From: Xanthomonas campestris pv. campestris str. ATCC 33913
GTDB taxonomy: Bacteria; Pseudomonadota; Gammaproteobacteria; Xanthomonadales; Xanthomonadaceae
DNA: 32,000 nucleotides
Direction: 5' to 3'
Assembly (NCBI RefSeq): GCF_000007145.1
Contig: NC_003902.1
Location: 937,436-969,435, forward strand
Of the stretch, positions 17,622 through 26,786 are shown piece after piece. The translations under genes were made by a program, and so were the position numbers. The notes beneath the pieces were generated by a model. That model made no database searches and was not told where the DNA came from. It saw only the letters and a program-made list of their open reading frames with translations. Positions within the stretch are counted from its first letter, which is position 1; each line of letters opens with the position of its first letter.

Positions 17622-18530
17622 TCATCGCAGCGCGCCGACGTGGGCCACGCTGCTTTCGCGCAGTGCCTGCAGGTCGTAGCCACCTTCCAGCATCGATACC
17701 ACTCTGCCGCGCGCATGCCGGGTCGCCAGCGCGCGGAGCGCACCGGTCAGCCAGGCAAAGTCGTCGGCGTCGAGCATCAGATCGGCCAGCGGGTCGCGCA
17801 GATGCGCATCGAAGCCGGCGGAAATCAGGACCAGCTGCGGGCGGAAGGCGTCGATCAGCGGCAGCATCTCGTCTTCCCACACATTGCGAAAGCGCAGGCC
17901 GTCGCTGCCGGGAGGCAACAGCAGGTTGTGGATGTTGCCGATACCGCGCTCATGCACGCTGCCCGAGTGCGGGTACAGGCCCGATTGGTGGGTGCTGAGG
18001 TATTGCACGGTTGGGTCGCGTTCGAAGATCGCCTGGGTCCCATTGCCATGGTGGACATCGAAATCCACCACCGTAATGCGCTCCAGCCCGTGCCGGTCGC
18101 GGGCGTGGGCGGCGGCCACGGCGATGTTGTTGAACAGGCAAAAGCCCATCGAGACCTGGCCGGTGGCGTGATGGCCGGGCGGGCGCACCGCGCAGAAGGC
18201 CGTGCCTGCGCCGTCCTGCATCACCGCATCCACCGCCGCAATGCCGGCCCCGGCCGCACGCAGCGCGGCGGCGCGCGAGCCCGGCGACATCAAGGTATCC
18301 ACGTCCAGCTGGTGGTAGCCCTGGAAATTGGTCTCCAGTACCGCATCGACCTGTTCGCGCTCGTGCACGCGGCACAGGTCGCCGAGCTTGGCCAGCGGCG
18401 CTTCGCGCCAGTCGAGGTCGGTAAACGCGTCGCGCAGGGCCTCGACCACGGCGGTCAGCCGTGCGGGGCTTTCGGGATGCTCGGGGCCGGCGTCGTGGCC
18501 CAGGCAGGCGGGATGGGTGAAGACCAACAT
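17622..18530 (-). CDS. Histone deacetylase-family (class II HDAC / acetoin-utilisation / acetylpolyamine amidohydrolase-like) protein
   Basis: RPPGHHA, DFDVHHGNGTQ, ISAGFDAH and EGGY are the zinc-site and catalytic motifs of the arginase/deacetylase superfamily. Confidence 0.9.
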   Translation of the reverse strand: MLVFTHPACLGHDAGPEHPESPARLTAVVEALRDAFTDLDWREAPLAKLGDLCRVHEREQVDAVLETNFQGYHQLDVDTLMSPGSRAAALRAAGAGIAAVDAVMQDGAGTAFCAVRPPGHHATGQVSMGFCLFNNIAVAAAHARDRHGLERITVVDFDVHHGNGTQAIFERDPTVQYLSTHQSGLYPHSGSVHERGIGNIHNLLLPPGSDGLRFRNVWEDEMLPLIDAFRPQLVLISAGFDAHLRDPLADLMLDADDFAWLTGALRALATRHARGRVVSMLEGGYDLQALRESSVAHVGALR

Positions 18531-18568
18531 GGGAGCAATCTAGCCTGTCCGCGCGGTAATGCGCACGG

Positions 18569-19126
18569 TCAGCCACGCCGGCGGTCATGCCGCCACAGCA
18601 CTTCCTGCTGGCCATCGGCGCGTGCCAGTACACGGGCGAGCACGAACAGCAGGTCCGACAAGCGGTTGAGATAGCCGATCGCCTCGCTGCGCACCGGCTC
18701 CTGTCGCGACAGCGCGACGGTTTCGCGTTCGGCGCGGCGCACGATGGTGCGCGCCAGATGGCAGCGCGCGGCAGCTTCGCCCCCGGCTGGCAGGATGAAC
18801 TCCTTCAGCGCGGGCAGGTCGTCATTGAAATGGTCCAACTGCCGTTCCAGCGCGGCGATGTCGTCGGCGTCGATGGCCGCATGGCCCGGGATGCACAACT
18901 CGCCGCCCAGGTCGAACAACTGGTGCTGCACGGTGGTCAGCAGGGCGGCGACAGGCTCAGGCACGTTGGGTGCGGCCAGCAGCACGCCGATTGCCGAATT
19001 GGCCTCGTCGACAGTGCCGTAGGCGTTGACGCGCAGCGCATCCTTGCCGGTGCGGCTGCCGTCGCCGAGGCCGGTACTGCCATCGTCGCCGGTGCGCGTA
19101 TAGATGCGGGAGAGCCGGTTGCCCAT
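18569..19126 (-). CDS. PduO-type ATP:cob(I)alamin adenosyltransferase
   Basis: The N-terminal ATP-binding motif is IYTRTGDDGSTGL. YGTVDEANSAIGV, HLARTIVRRAER and NRLSDLLFVLAR are also present. Confidence 0.92.
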   Translation of the reverse strand: MGNRLSRIYTRTGDDGSTGLGDGSRTGKDALRVNAYGTVDEANSAIGVLLAAPNVPEPVAALLTTVQHQLFDLGGELCIPGHAAIDADDIAALERQLDHFNDDLPALKEFILPAGGEAAARCHLARTIVRRAERETVALSRQEPVRSEAIGYLNRLSDLLFVLARVLARADGQQEVLWRHDRRRG

Positions 19127-19127
19127 C

Positions 19128-19706
19128 TCAGCCGGCCTGCGCCTGGCCGTGTGGGCTGGTCAGGCGCTCTGCAACCACCTGGATCACCGCTGCGGCGGCA
19201 ACGTAGAGCGCTGCGCTGCGCAGGTAGGGCCACAGCCAGTCGGTGTAGTTTTTGAACCAGCCGGCGAGGGTTGGCTCGGCCACGCTGGCGCTGATCCAGT
19301 AGAAGCTGCCCTGGGCGATCAGTTGGCACAGCGCCACCGAGATCAGCAGCGCGGGCACCAGCTTGGCCAGCGCGCTCCACTGCGCGCCGTGGTAGTGCCG
19401 CCGCAGCCATGTGCCGCCGGCCCACAGCGCGAAGTACGCCGGGATCAGGCACCAGTAGGCCGGCGAGACGCAGTAGTGCGCCCAGAAGCTCATGCCCTGC
19501 TGGGTGATCACCAGCCAGTCGATCGCCACCGCCAATCCCATCAGCAATGGGAAGGCCAGTTTGGTGCGCGACGCAAGGTGGAATCCGCCCAGGAAGAACA
19601 CGGCCCAGGAGGCGTCCGGGACCTGCCCGAAATGATGGATGCGCGTGGCCGCCATCAGGACGGCGAGCAGGCTCAGGACCAGGGTGTCGTGCGAACGAGG
19701 CGTCAT
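19128..19706 (-). CDS. Hypothetical polytopic inner-membrane protein (about six predicted TM helices)
   Basis: The 192-aa protein is hydrophobic and Trp/Tyr-rich: LVLSLLAVLMAA, WAVFFLGGFHL, FPLLMGLAVAIDWLVI, YWCLIPAYFALWAGG, LVPALLISVALCQLIA, AALYVAAAAVIQVV. Its stop lies 1 nt before the adenosyltransferase ATG (TGAgATG). I do not recognise the family. Confidence 0.75.
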   Translation of the reverse strand: MTPRSHDTLVLSLLAVLMAATRIHHFGQVPDASWAVFFLGGFHLASRTKLAFPLLMGLAVAIDWLVITQQGMSFWAHYCVSPAYWCLIPAYFALWAGGTWLRRHYHGAQWSALAKLVPALLISVALCQLIAQGSFYWISASVAEPTLAGWFKNYTDWLWPYLRSAALYVAAAAVIQVVAERLTSPHGQAQAG

Positions 19707-19897
19707 GCGCGGAAGTGGCCGGATTACAGACTCGCGAGTGTAGCGTGGAACCCGGCATGCCCGCGCCGGGCGAGCGCGTGGTCGCCACCTGCGGGGACGC
19801 CGGTCGAGGCCATGGGCCAGGGTTCCGCAGCAGACGCGGCAACGTGTCCCACCCCGGGGGCGGCAACGGGCCAGGGTCGAAGGCTTATCATGTGGCG

Positions 19898-21106
19898 ATG
19901 ATACACGCACATGACGTTTTGATCGTTGGCGGCGGGCTGGTGGGCTCGAGCCTGGCCATTGCGCTGGACCGCATCGGCCTGGATGTGGGGCTGGTGGAGG
20001 CCACGCCGGCCGGCGCACCCCCGGCGGTGTTCGATCAACGCAACCTCAGTTTCGCCGCCGCGACCGTCAACGCGCTCGGCGCGCTCGGTGTGATGGCCAA
20101 GTTGCGCACCGCGCCGGGCCCGATCCGGCGCATCCATGTGAGCCGTGCCGGCGACTTTGGCCGGGTGCAGCTGGACGCTGCCGACTACGGGCGCGACAGC
20201 TTCGGGCAGGTGGTGGTGGCACGGGATTTCGGCGAGGCCCTGCAGGCGCGCCTGGATGAGTTGCGTAGCTTGCAGCGGTACCGCCCGGCGCGCTGTATCG
20301 GCGTGGAACCGGTGCAGGACGGCTCTCGCGCGGTGCGCCTGGCCACTGCCGACGGCGAGCAGCTGGTGCGTGCGCGGCTGGTGGTCGGCGCCGATGGCAG
20401 CCATAGCGCGGTGCGCGAACTGCTGCATATCGGCACCGAACAACACGATTTCCTGCAGACCTTGTTCGTAGCACGCGTGCGCGCCTCACGCCCGCCCGAT
20501 GGCACGGCCTGGGAGCGCTTCGGCGAGCATGGGCCGACCGCACTGTTGCCGCGTGGCGACCGTCATTACGGTGCAATCCACTGTGTGGCGCGGGCCGAGG
20601 CCGAGACGGTTGCAGCGCTCGATGAGGCTGGCTGGCTGGCGCGGCTGCAACGCGCCGCCGGTTGGCGTGCGGGGCGTTTTGTTGCCAGTGGCGAACGCAG
20701 TGCGTATCCGCTGGTGCAGATATTGGCAAATACCGTGGTGGCCGAGCGCGTGGTGCTGCTGGGCAACGCCGCGCAAACGCTGCACCCGATCGGCGCGCAA
20801 GGCTTCAACCTGGGTCTGCGCGATGCGCTCACGCTGGCCGAACTGATCGAACCCGACCGCAGTGATGCCGGCGCAGCGCCGTTGCTGGCGGAGTATCTGG
20901 CGCGGCGGCGGGTGGATCGCGACCACACCATCGGTTTTTCCAGCGGCTTGGCACGGCTCACCGGCAACCCGGCGCCGCTGCTACGCCCGTTGCGCAGCCT
21001 GGGGCTGCTGGCCGCCTCGCAGGCGGCACCGCTGCAATCGATGCTGGTCGGTGGGGCGATGGGATTCCGTGGCGACGTGCCGCAGCTCTGCCGGAGCCAG
21101 GCATGA
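19898..21106 (+). CDS. ubiH: FAD-dependent ubiquinone-biosynthesis hydroxylase (2-octaprenyl-6-methoxyphenol hydroxylase-like)
   Basis: The FAD Rossmann motif is DVLIVGGGLVGSSLA. GADGSHSAVR and LLGNAAQTLHPIGAQGFNLGLRD belong to the UbiH/UbiF/Coq6 family. Confidence 0.88.
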   Translation: MIHAHDVLIVGGGLVGSSLAIALDRIGLDVGLVEATPAGAPPAVFDQRNLSFAAATVNALGALGVMAKLRTAPGPIRRIHVSRAGDFGRVQLDAADYGRDSFGQVVVARDFGEALQARLDELRSLQRYRPARCIGVEPVQDGSRAVRLATADGEQLVRARLVVGADGSHSAVRELLHIGTEQHDFLQTLFVARVRASRPPDGTAWERFGEHGPTALLPRGDRHYGAIHCVARAEAETVAALDEAGWLARLQRAAGWRAGRFVASGERSAYPLVQILANTVVAERVVLLGNAAQTLHPIGAQGFNLGLRDALTLAELIEPDRSDAGAAPLLAEYLARRRVDRDHTIGFSSGLARLTGNPAPLLRPLRSLGLLAASQAAPLQSMLVGGAMGFRGDVPQLCRSQA

Positions 21107-22284
21107 GCCGGCGCTTGGGACGTGATGCCGTGATCGTCGGCGGCGGCGTGGTCGGTGCGGCGTGCGCACTGGCGCTGGCCGATGCCGGTTTGCAGGTCGC
21201 GTTGGTGGAGGGCCGCGAGCCACCGCGCTGGCGTGCCGATTCTGCGGACCTGCGCGTCTACGCATTTGCCGCCGACAACGCCGCGCTGCTGGAGCGCCTT
21301 GGCGTGTGGAAGGACGTGCGCGGCGCGCGCGTGCAGCCGTATCGCCGCATGCGGGTGTGGGATGCCGGTGGCGGCGGTGAACTGCGCTTCGATGCAGATA
21401 CGCTGGGCCGCGAACAGTTGGGTTGGATCGTCGAGAACGATCTGCTGGTCGATCGCCTGTGGGCGGCCGTGCATGCCCGAGGCATCGCGCTGCATTGCCC
21501 GGCGCGCGTGGTCGAGCTGGAACAGGACGCCACCGGCGTGCGTCTACGCCTGGATGACGGCAGCCGGCTGGAAGCCGCGGTGGCGATCGCCGCCGACGGT
21601 GCGTCTTCCACGCTGCGCGAGTTGGCTGGGCTGCCGGTCGCGCGGCACCCTTACGCGCAGCGCGGCGTGGTCGCCTTCGTGGACACCGAACACGCACATC
21701 AGGCCACGGCCTGGCAGCGCTTCTTGACCACCGGCCCGCTGGCCTTCCTGCCGTTCACCGATGGCCGCAGTTCGATCGTGTGGACCTTGCCCGATGCCGA
21801 TGCCGAGCGCGTGCTGGATCTGGACGATGCTGCGTTTTCGCGCGAGCTGACCCAGGCCTTTGCTGGCCGTCTGGGCGCGGTGAAGGTGAGCTCGCCGCGC
21901 GCGGCGTTCCCGCTACAGCGGCAACTGGTGCAGCAGTACGTCAGCGGCCGCGTCCTGACCCTGGGCGATGCCGCGCACGTGGTGCATCCGCTGGCCGGGC
22001 AGGGCGTGAATCTGGGATTGCGCGATGTCGCGGCGTTGAGAACGTTGGCGCACGACGCTCTGGCGCGTCGCGCCGACTGGGCCGCGCCGCACCGGCTGCA
22101 ACGCTGGGCGCGCACGCGTCGCAGCGAAAATACCGTCGCTGCGTATGGGTTCGACGCCATCAACCGCGTGTTCTCCAACGACGAGATGCATCTAACCCTG
22201 CTGCGCGGCTCGGTGCTGGGGGCGGCAGGCAAGCTGCCACCGCTGGTGGACCTGCTGTGGAAGCGCGCGTCCGGCAACGCGTAG
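21103..22284 (+). CDS. UbiH/UbiF/VisC(UbiI)-family FAD-dependent hydroxylase (paralog)
   Basis: An ATGA overlap joins it to ubiH. Motifs are AVIVGGGVVGAACA, AADGASSTLR and LGDAAHVVHPLAGQGVNLGLRD. Which ring position it hydroxylates cannot be told from the sequence alone. Confidence 0.88.
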   Translation: MSRRLGRDAVIVGGGVVGAACALALADAGLQVALVEGREPPRWRADSADLRVYAFAADNAALLERLGVWKDVRGARVQPYRRMRVWDAGGGGELRFDADTLGREQLGWIVENDLLVDRLWAAVHARGIALHCPARVVELEQDATGVRLRLDDGSRLEAAVAIAADGASSTLRELAGLPVARHPYAQRGVVAFVDTEHAHQATAWQRFLTTGPLAFLPFTDGRSSIVWTLPDADAERVLDLDDAAFSRELTQAFAGRLGAVKVSSPRAAFPLQRQLVQQYVSGRVLTLGDAAHVVHPLAGQGVNLGLRDVAALRTLAHDALARRADWAAPHRLQRWARTRRSENTVAAYGFDAINRVFSNDEMHLTLLRGSVLGAAGKLPPLVDLLWKRASGNA

Positions 22285-22386
22285 GCGCACTGCGCTGACA
22301 TTCTGCTGGCCGCTATGTTCAAGCGCTAATAGCGAAGGCCGCATGTTCCATACGACGGATGCGCCCGGGCTGGCTACAGTCGGGCC

Positions 22387-23103
22387 ATGACTTCCGTTTC
22401 AGCACACCTCACCCCGCCGCTGCTCCTGCTGAGCGGGCTGCTGTGCGATGCCAGCATCTGGGACGCGCAACGCGCGGCGCTGGCGGATATCGCCGAGGTG
22501 CAGGTGCTCGATTTTCCCGGCATCGACAGCGTGCAGCAGATGGCTGCACAGGCATTGGCCGCCGCGCCAGACCAGTTTGCGCTGGCCGGTCATTCGATGG
22601 GCGGCCGGGTGGCGCTGGAGATCGTGCGGCAGGCGCCGGAGCGCGTGCAGCGTCTGGCGCTGCTGGACACCGGCGTGCATCCGGCGCACGCGCAGGAGCA
22701 TGCGCAGCGTGGTGCGCTGGTGGAGCTTGCGCACCGTGCCGGCATGCAGGTGCTGGCCCGGCAGTGGCTGCCGCCGATGCTGCACCCCGACCGCCACGAC
22801 GATGCCGAACTGATGGACGCGCTGGTGGCCATGGTCATGCGGCAGACCCCGCAGAGCTATGCCGCCCAGGTGACCGCGCTACTGAACCGGTCCGATGCCA
22901 CGCCCGTGCTGGCGCAGGTGCAGTGTCCGACGCTGCTGGGCGTTGGCCGGCAAGATAGCTGGAGTCCGCTGGAACGCCACCAGGATATGGCGCGGCAGAT
23001 CCCGCACGCGCAGTTGGTGGTGTTCGAATACAGCGGACATATGACGCCGGTGGAAGCGCCTGCTGCGGTCAGCGCCGCGCTGCGCGATTGGCTGGCTGCA
23101 TGA
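22387..23103 (+). CDS. Alpha/beta-fold hydrolase
   Basis: The nucleophile elbow is GHSMGG, and the C-terminal SGHMTPVE carries the catalytic His. The protein is 238 aa. Confidence 0.88.
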   Translation: MTSVSAHLTPPLLLLSGLLCDASIWDAQRAALADIAEVQVLDFPGIDSVQQMAAQALAAAPDQFALAGHSMGGRVALEIVRQAPERVQRLALLDTGVHPAHAQEHAQRGALVELAHRAGMQVLARQWLPPMLHPDRHDDAELMDALVAMVMRQTPQSYAAQVTALLNRSDATPVLAQVQCPTLLGVGRQDSWSPLERHQDMARQIPHAQLVVFEYSGHMTPVEAPAAVSAALRDWLAA

Positions 23104-23217
23104 CCACCGTCTCCCCGTTCGACGGCAGACCCATCGGCTCGCCAATGCACGTGCGCTGACGTCAGCGTCGCCCGCCGCATTTTTATCCGTAGCACCCATT
23201 GCCAGTGAGGCCACCGC

Positions 23218-23649
23218 GTGTCCCCAGACGCTTCGATCACCGTTGCCTGCGAACAGCTGATCCGCCGATTCGCCTTGCACAACGATCGCCATGAACATGA
23301 CGCGCTGGCTGCATTGTTCACCGCCGATGGCGTGTTTGCACGGCCGAGCGCGCCAGATACACCCGTGCATGGGCGTGAGGCGATTCGCGAGGCATTCCGT
23401 GCACGTGCGCCGCGTAGTACCTGCCATCTCATGCTCAATACCCTGGTCAGCGTGCACTCTGACACATTGGCCCATGCGCATAGCTACGTGGTGCTGTACA
23501 GCGCACCACAGGCCACCACGCCGCCGCCGTGGACCGCACAGGCGCCGGCATTGATTGGCACGTTCGACGATGTGCTAGTGCGCCAGGACGAGCATTGGCT
23601 GTTCAAGCAACGCCTCGGCGCATTGCTGGTGCGCGTGGAAGCGCACTAG
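23218..23649 (+). CDS. SnoaL-like / NTF2-fold protein
   Basis: The 143-aa protein uses a GTG start. The pattern LIRRFALHNDRHEHDALAALFTADGVF...GREAIREAF...DDVLVRQDEHWLFKQR is typical of SnoaL_4/NTF2-like cone folds. Confidence 0.75.
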   Translation: MSPDASITVACEQLIRRFALHNDRHEHDALAALFTADGVFARPSAPDTPVHGREAIREAFRARAPRSTCHLMLNTLVSVHSDTLAHAHSYVVLYSAPQATTPPPWTAQAPALIGTFDDVLVRQDEHWLFKQRLGALLVRVEAH

Positions 23650-23763
23650 ACACCTACCACCGCTGTTCACCGATGCCGCCGACGAACCCGGGCGGCATTG
23701 CACCACCGCTCCTCCCCCCTGTCGCGTTGCCTCAATCGCCCATCCTTATCGGAGAATCGCCTG

Positions 23764-24792
23764 GTGGAACGCGCATGCTTGTCTGTTGGTCGTCGTCCTT
23801 CATCGTCCCGGTCGCGCCGCCAGCATGCGGGCAGGCTGGCCCTCTTGCTCGGCACGCTGGCACCGGCGGTCGTCCTTGCGCAGGCAGCGCCCGACACAGT
23901 GGCCATGCCGCAGGGCATCAACCTGGGCGGCACCAGTTTCATGGATGGCTTCGGCTCCACCACGCCTGGCTGGACGGTGCTGGAATACCTGCGCTACTAC
24001 GATCTGGATGCGATCAAGAATGCGCGCGGGGATAACTCGCCTGCGTTTCGCGACCCGCAGGTCGGGGTCAGTGCGTTGCTGACCCAGTTGATCTACGTGA
24101 CCCCGTATTCGCTGGGGCGCGGCTCGCTGAGTTTCAACACCATCATCCCGCTGGTGAATTACGACACCTCGTTCGCAGCCGACAGCCCGGTGCGCTTGCG
24201 CAGCAATGGGTTTGGCATGGGCGATATTTCGTTCGGTCCGGCGCTGCAGATGCCGCCGGTCATGCGGGACGGGCGTGTGTTCTTCTTTCAGCGCTTTGCG
24301 CTGGATCTGTTCGCACCGGTCGGTAAGTTTGATCGCGACATCGCCATCAACCAGGGCACCGGTTTCTGGTCGATCGCACCGCAGTGGGCATTCACGGTGC
24401 AGCCCACCGATAATTGGGAAATCAGTGCGCGCATCAACTATCTCTACAATTTCCGCACCGATCGCGCCGGTGGCGTGCCACCAATCCCGGGGTTCCGGTT
24501 TCGCAACGGCCAGGCCGGCGATGCGGTCTGGGTCAACTTTGCCAGCTCGGTGAAAGTGAGCGAGCAACTGCGCGTGGGTGTGAACGGCTATTTCCTGCAG
24601 CAGCTCAAAGACAACCGGACCAACGGTGAGCGCGTGGCCGACAGCAAGCGCATGCAGCTGTATCTGGGTCCTGGGCTGTCCTGGCGCGTGGATGCAAAGA
24701 ACCTGTTCAACCTCAATCTGTACATCCCGCTGGACGTGGAGAATTCGGTCGCCGGTAACAGCGTGAACCTGATGTACGTGCATTCGTTGTAG
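23764..24792 (+). CDS. Outer-membrane beta-barrel channel of the 'MetA-pathway of phenol degradation' transporter family
   Basis: A signal-like segment RLALLLGTLAPAVVLAQA is followed by GINLGGTSFMDG and FGMGDISFGPALQ. Alternating beta-strand periodicity runs to the C-terminus. The start at GTG 23764 has GGAG 9 nt upstream and is provisional. Confidence 0.8.
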   Translation: MERACLSVGRRPSSSRSRRQHAGRLALLLGTLAPAVVLAQAAPDTVAMPQGINLGGTSFMDGFGSTTPGWTVLEYLRYYDLDAIKNARGDNSPAFRDPQVGVSALLTQLIYVTPYSLGRGSLSFNTIIPLVNYDTSFAADSPVRLRSNGFGMGDISFGPALQMPPVMRDGRVFFFQRFALDLFAPVGKFDRDIAINQGTGFWSIAPQWAFTVQPTDNWEISARINYLYNFRTDRAGGVPPIPGFRFRNGQAGDAVWVNFASSVKVSEQLRVGVNGYFLQQLKDNRTNGERVADSKRMQLYLGPGLSWRVDAKNLFNLNLYIPLDVENSVAGNSVNLMYVHSL

Positions 24793-24805
24793 CGTGCGCT
24801 ACGGC

Positions 24806-24834
24806 GTGCATGCGGGCGCAAAGCCGGCATGCAC
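24806..24834 (+). terminator. Hairpin 14 nt after the outer-membrane channel gene (terminator-like, no U-tract)
   Basis: GTGCATGC (24806-24813) pairs with GCATGCAC (24827-24834), an 8-bp perfect stem, with additional GGC/GCC pairing inside the loop. It lies in the convergent gap shared with the GntR gene. Confidence 0.35.
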
Positions 24835-24966
24835 GTGACGTGGAGTGCAGGAGGGGCGCAACTCGCACTGCGCGCTTGCGCAACGACAGGGTGGACACGC
24901 GCGTGAGTATTGACGCAGGCTACTTTCGCGGTTTGGCTGCGATGCAAACGCAGCCGAGCCGCAGAC

Positions 24967-25632
24967 TTACATCCCCATGCTGTGGCGTTGCGTGTTGGCA
25001 TGCTCGCGGAACAATAGTTCGGCGCGCGCGCCATCGCGTTGCTCGATGGCGGTGACGATCGCGCCGTGCTGGCGGTGGCCGTAGAACAGATCGTCGTAGG
25101 CGAGCGTCGGCGAGCGTTGCCCGAACACCACGTTGGTGGGGCTGACAAACGGCACCAGCGTGCAGCGGTCCACTGTCTCGGTCAGGATCGGTTTGTCGGC
25201 CGCCATCACGATCATCCGGTGGAACCGCGCGTTCATATCGCCGTAGGCCAGTTCGTCGCTGGCATCCAGGGTGCGCTTGGCCAGGATGCGGTCACCCTCG
25301 TCCAGGCAGCCATGCAGTGCGGCGAGCAGGGTGGCGGAGGCGCCTTGTTCGGCCACCGCGCGCGCAGCCATACCTTCCATCAGGGCCCGGACCGCCAGCG
25401 CGTCCAGGCTCTCCTGCTGGCTGAAGCGGCGCACTGCGTAGCCGCGGTTGCCCGCCTGCACCAGCAAACCCTCCTGGCAAAGCGCAGGCAGCGCCTGACG
25501 GATGGGGGTGCGGGAAATCGCCAGGCGCTCGGCCAGGGCGGCCTCGGTGATGCGCTCGCCTGGCGCAAAGGTGCCGCACAGGATCAGTTCGCGTAGCTGC
25601 TGGACCGCTTGCAATCGGTGGTTGTTCGCCAT
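24967..25632 (-). CDS. GntR-family transcriptional regulator (FadR/FCD subfamily)
   Basis: The N-terminal winged HTH is LRELILCGTFAPGERITEAALAERLAISRTPIRQALPALCQEGLL. The C-terminal FCD-type helical domain includes NARFHRMIV. The start is ATG 25632, with GGAG upstream; ATG 25641 is an alternative. Confidence 0.9.
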   Translation of the reverse strand: MANNHRLQAVQQLRELILCGTFAPGERITEAALAERLAISRTPIRQALPALCQEGLLVQAGNRGYAVRRFSQQESLDALAVRALMEGMAARAVAEQGASATLLAALHGCLDEGDRILAKRTLDASDELAYGDMNARFHRMIVMAADKPILTETVDRCTLVPFVSPTNVVFGQRSPTLAYDDLFYGHRQHGAIVTAIEQRDGARAELLFREHANTQRHSMGM

Positions 25633-25736
25633 GGGCTCCATTCTCTCGCGCCTAACCGTGCTGCCTGCCCGCCCGAGTGGCAAAACTCGATGCAGCCCGC
25701 ACAAAAACCTTGCGGATGAGGTCGCTTGATGGCAAT

Positions 25737-25799
25737 TTGGATCCCAAGGATACCGTTTCGGGGCGAAGCCGTCCCGGTTGATCGAGTTTGGGATCCCAA
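25737..25799. promoter_or_regulatory. Pair of near-identical palindromic boxes in the GntR/dioxygenase divergent promoter (candidate operator)
   Basis: TTGGATCCCAA lies at 25737-25747. TTGGGATCCCAA, a perfect 12-bp palindrome, lies at 25788-25799. Both boxes carry the same flanks (T before, G after), and their centres are about 51 bp apart. Confidence 0.55.
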
Positions 25800-25877
25800 G
25801 CGCCATCGATCCCACCCACATTGACGCGCGCTGTTCCGCATGACGCGGTCCGGCCGCTCGCCTCGCAGGAGTGCAGC

Positions 25878-26777
25878 ATGGCAAGCATCATTGGCGGGAT
25901 CGGCACCTCGCACGTGCCCACCATCGGCGTGGCCTACGACAAGGGCAAACAGCAGGATCCGCTGTGGAAGCCGTTGTTCGACGGCTACACCCCGGTGGCC
26001 AACTGGCTGGCCGAACAGCAGCCGGACGTGCTGGTGTTCTTCTACAACGACCATTGCACGACGTTCTTCTTCGACCTGTACCCGACCTTCGCACTGGGCG
26101 TCGGCGAGCGTTTCCCGATCGCCGACGAGGGCGCCGGCTTGCGGGACCTGCCGCCCATCCGGGGCGACGTCAAGCTGCAGGCCCACATCGCCGAATGCCT
26201 GGTCAATGACGAATTCGATCTGACCGTATTCCAGGACAAGCCCATCGACCACGGCTGCGCCGCGCCGCTGCCGCTGCTGTGGCCGCACGTGCCTGACTGG
26301 CCCGGCACGGTGGTACCGATCGCCATCAATGTCCTGCAGTACCCGCTGCCGACCGCGCGCCGCTGCTACCGCCTGGGCCAGGCGCTGCGGCGGGCGATCG
26401 AGTCGTATCCGGAAGATCTCAAGGTGGTGGTGGTGGGCACCGGCGGGTTGTCGCACCAGATCCATGGCGAGCGCACCGGCTTCAACAACACCGAGTGGGA
26501 CATGGAATTTCTGGACCGCTTCCAGCACGCACCGGAAACGCTGACCGACCTGACGCATACCGACTACGTCCGCCTGGGCGGCGCGGAAAGCGTGGAGCAG
26601 ATCATGTGGCTGGCGATGCGCGGCGCGATGGGTGGGCCGATCCGCAAGCTGCACCAGAACTATTACCTGATGACCACCACCGCAATGACCGTGGTGCTGT
26701 ACGAGCCCGGCGAAGAACGCGCCGATGCCCCGCGCTCTGCCGACTGGCTTGGGCACGCAAACGCGAATGCAGCCTGA
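25878..26777 (+). CDS. Class III extradiol ring-cleavage dioxygenase, LigB-type catalytic subunit (gallate / protocatechuate 4,5-dioxygenase-like)
   Basis: MASIIGGIGTSHVPTIG, FFYNDH, DLPPIRGD, HIAECLVNDEFDL, IDHGC and GTGGLSHQIHGERTGFNNTEWDMEF are present. AGGAG lies 6 nt upstream of ATG 25878. Confidence 0.92.
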   Translation: MASIIGGIGTSHVPTIGVAYDKGKQQDPLWKPLFDGYTPVANWLAEQQPDVLVFFYNDHCTTFFFDLYPTFALGVGERFPIADEGAGLRDLPPIRGDVKLQAHIAECLVNDEFDLTVFQDKPIDHGCAAPLPLLWPHVPDWPGTVVPIAINVLQYPLPTARRCYRLGQALRRAIESYPEDLKVVVVGTGGLSHQIHGERTGFNNTEWDMEFLDRFQHAPETLTDLTHTDYVRLGGAESVEQIMWLAMRGAMGGPIRKLHQNYYLMTTTAMTVVLYEPGEERADAPRSADWLGHANANAA

Positions 26778-26786
26778 GGATCGGAC

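Noticed and set aside
17187-18674. A 495-aa plus-strand ORF overlapping lptD, the HDAC-like gene and the adenosyltransferase
   Set aside because: It crosses two intergenic regions and three well-supported minus-strand genes, and its sequence is low-complexity. It is an antisense artefact.
26775-26777. Selenocysteine or other recoding of the in-frame TGA between the LigB and LigA ORFs
   Set aside because: The codon lies in a non-catalytic linker. I saw no SECIS-like hairpin immediately downstream. A well-placed SD and ATG follow, so a true stop with re-initiation is the better-supported reading. Low-level read-through cannot be excluded from the sequence alone.
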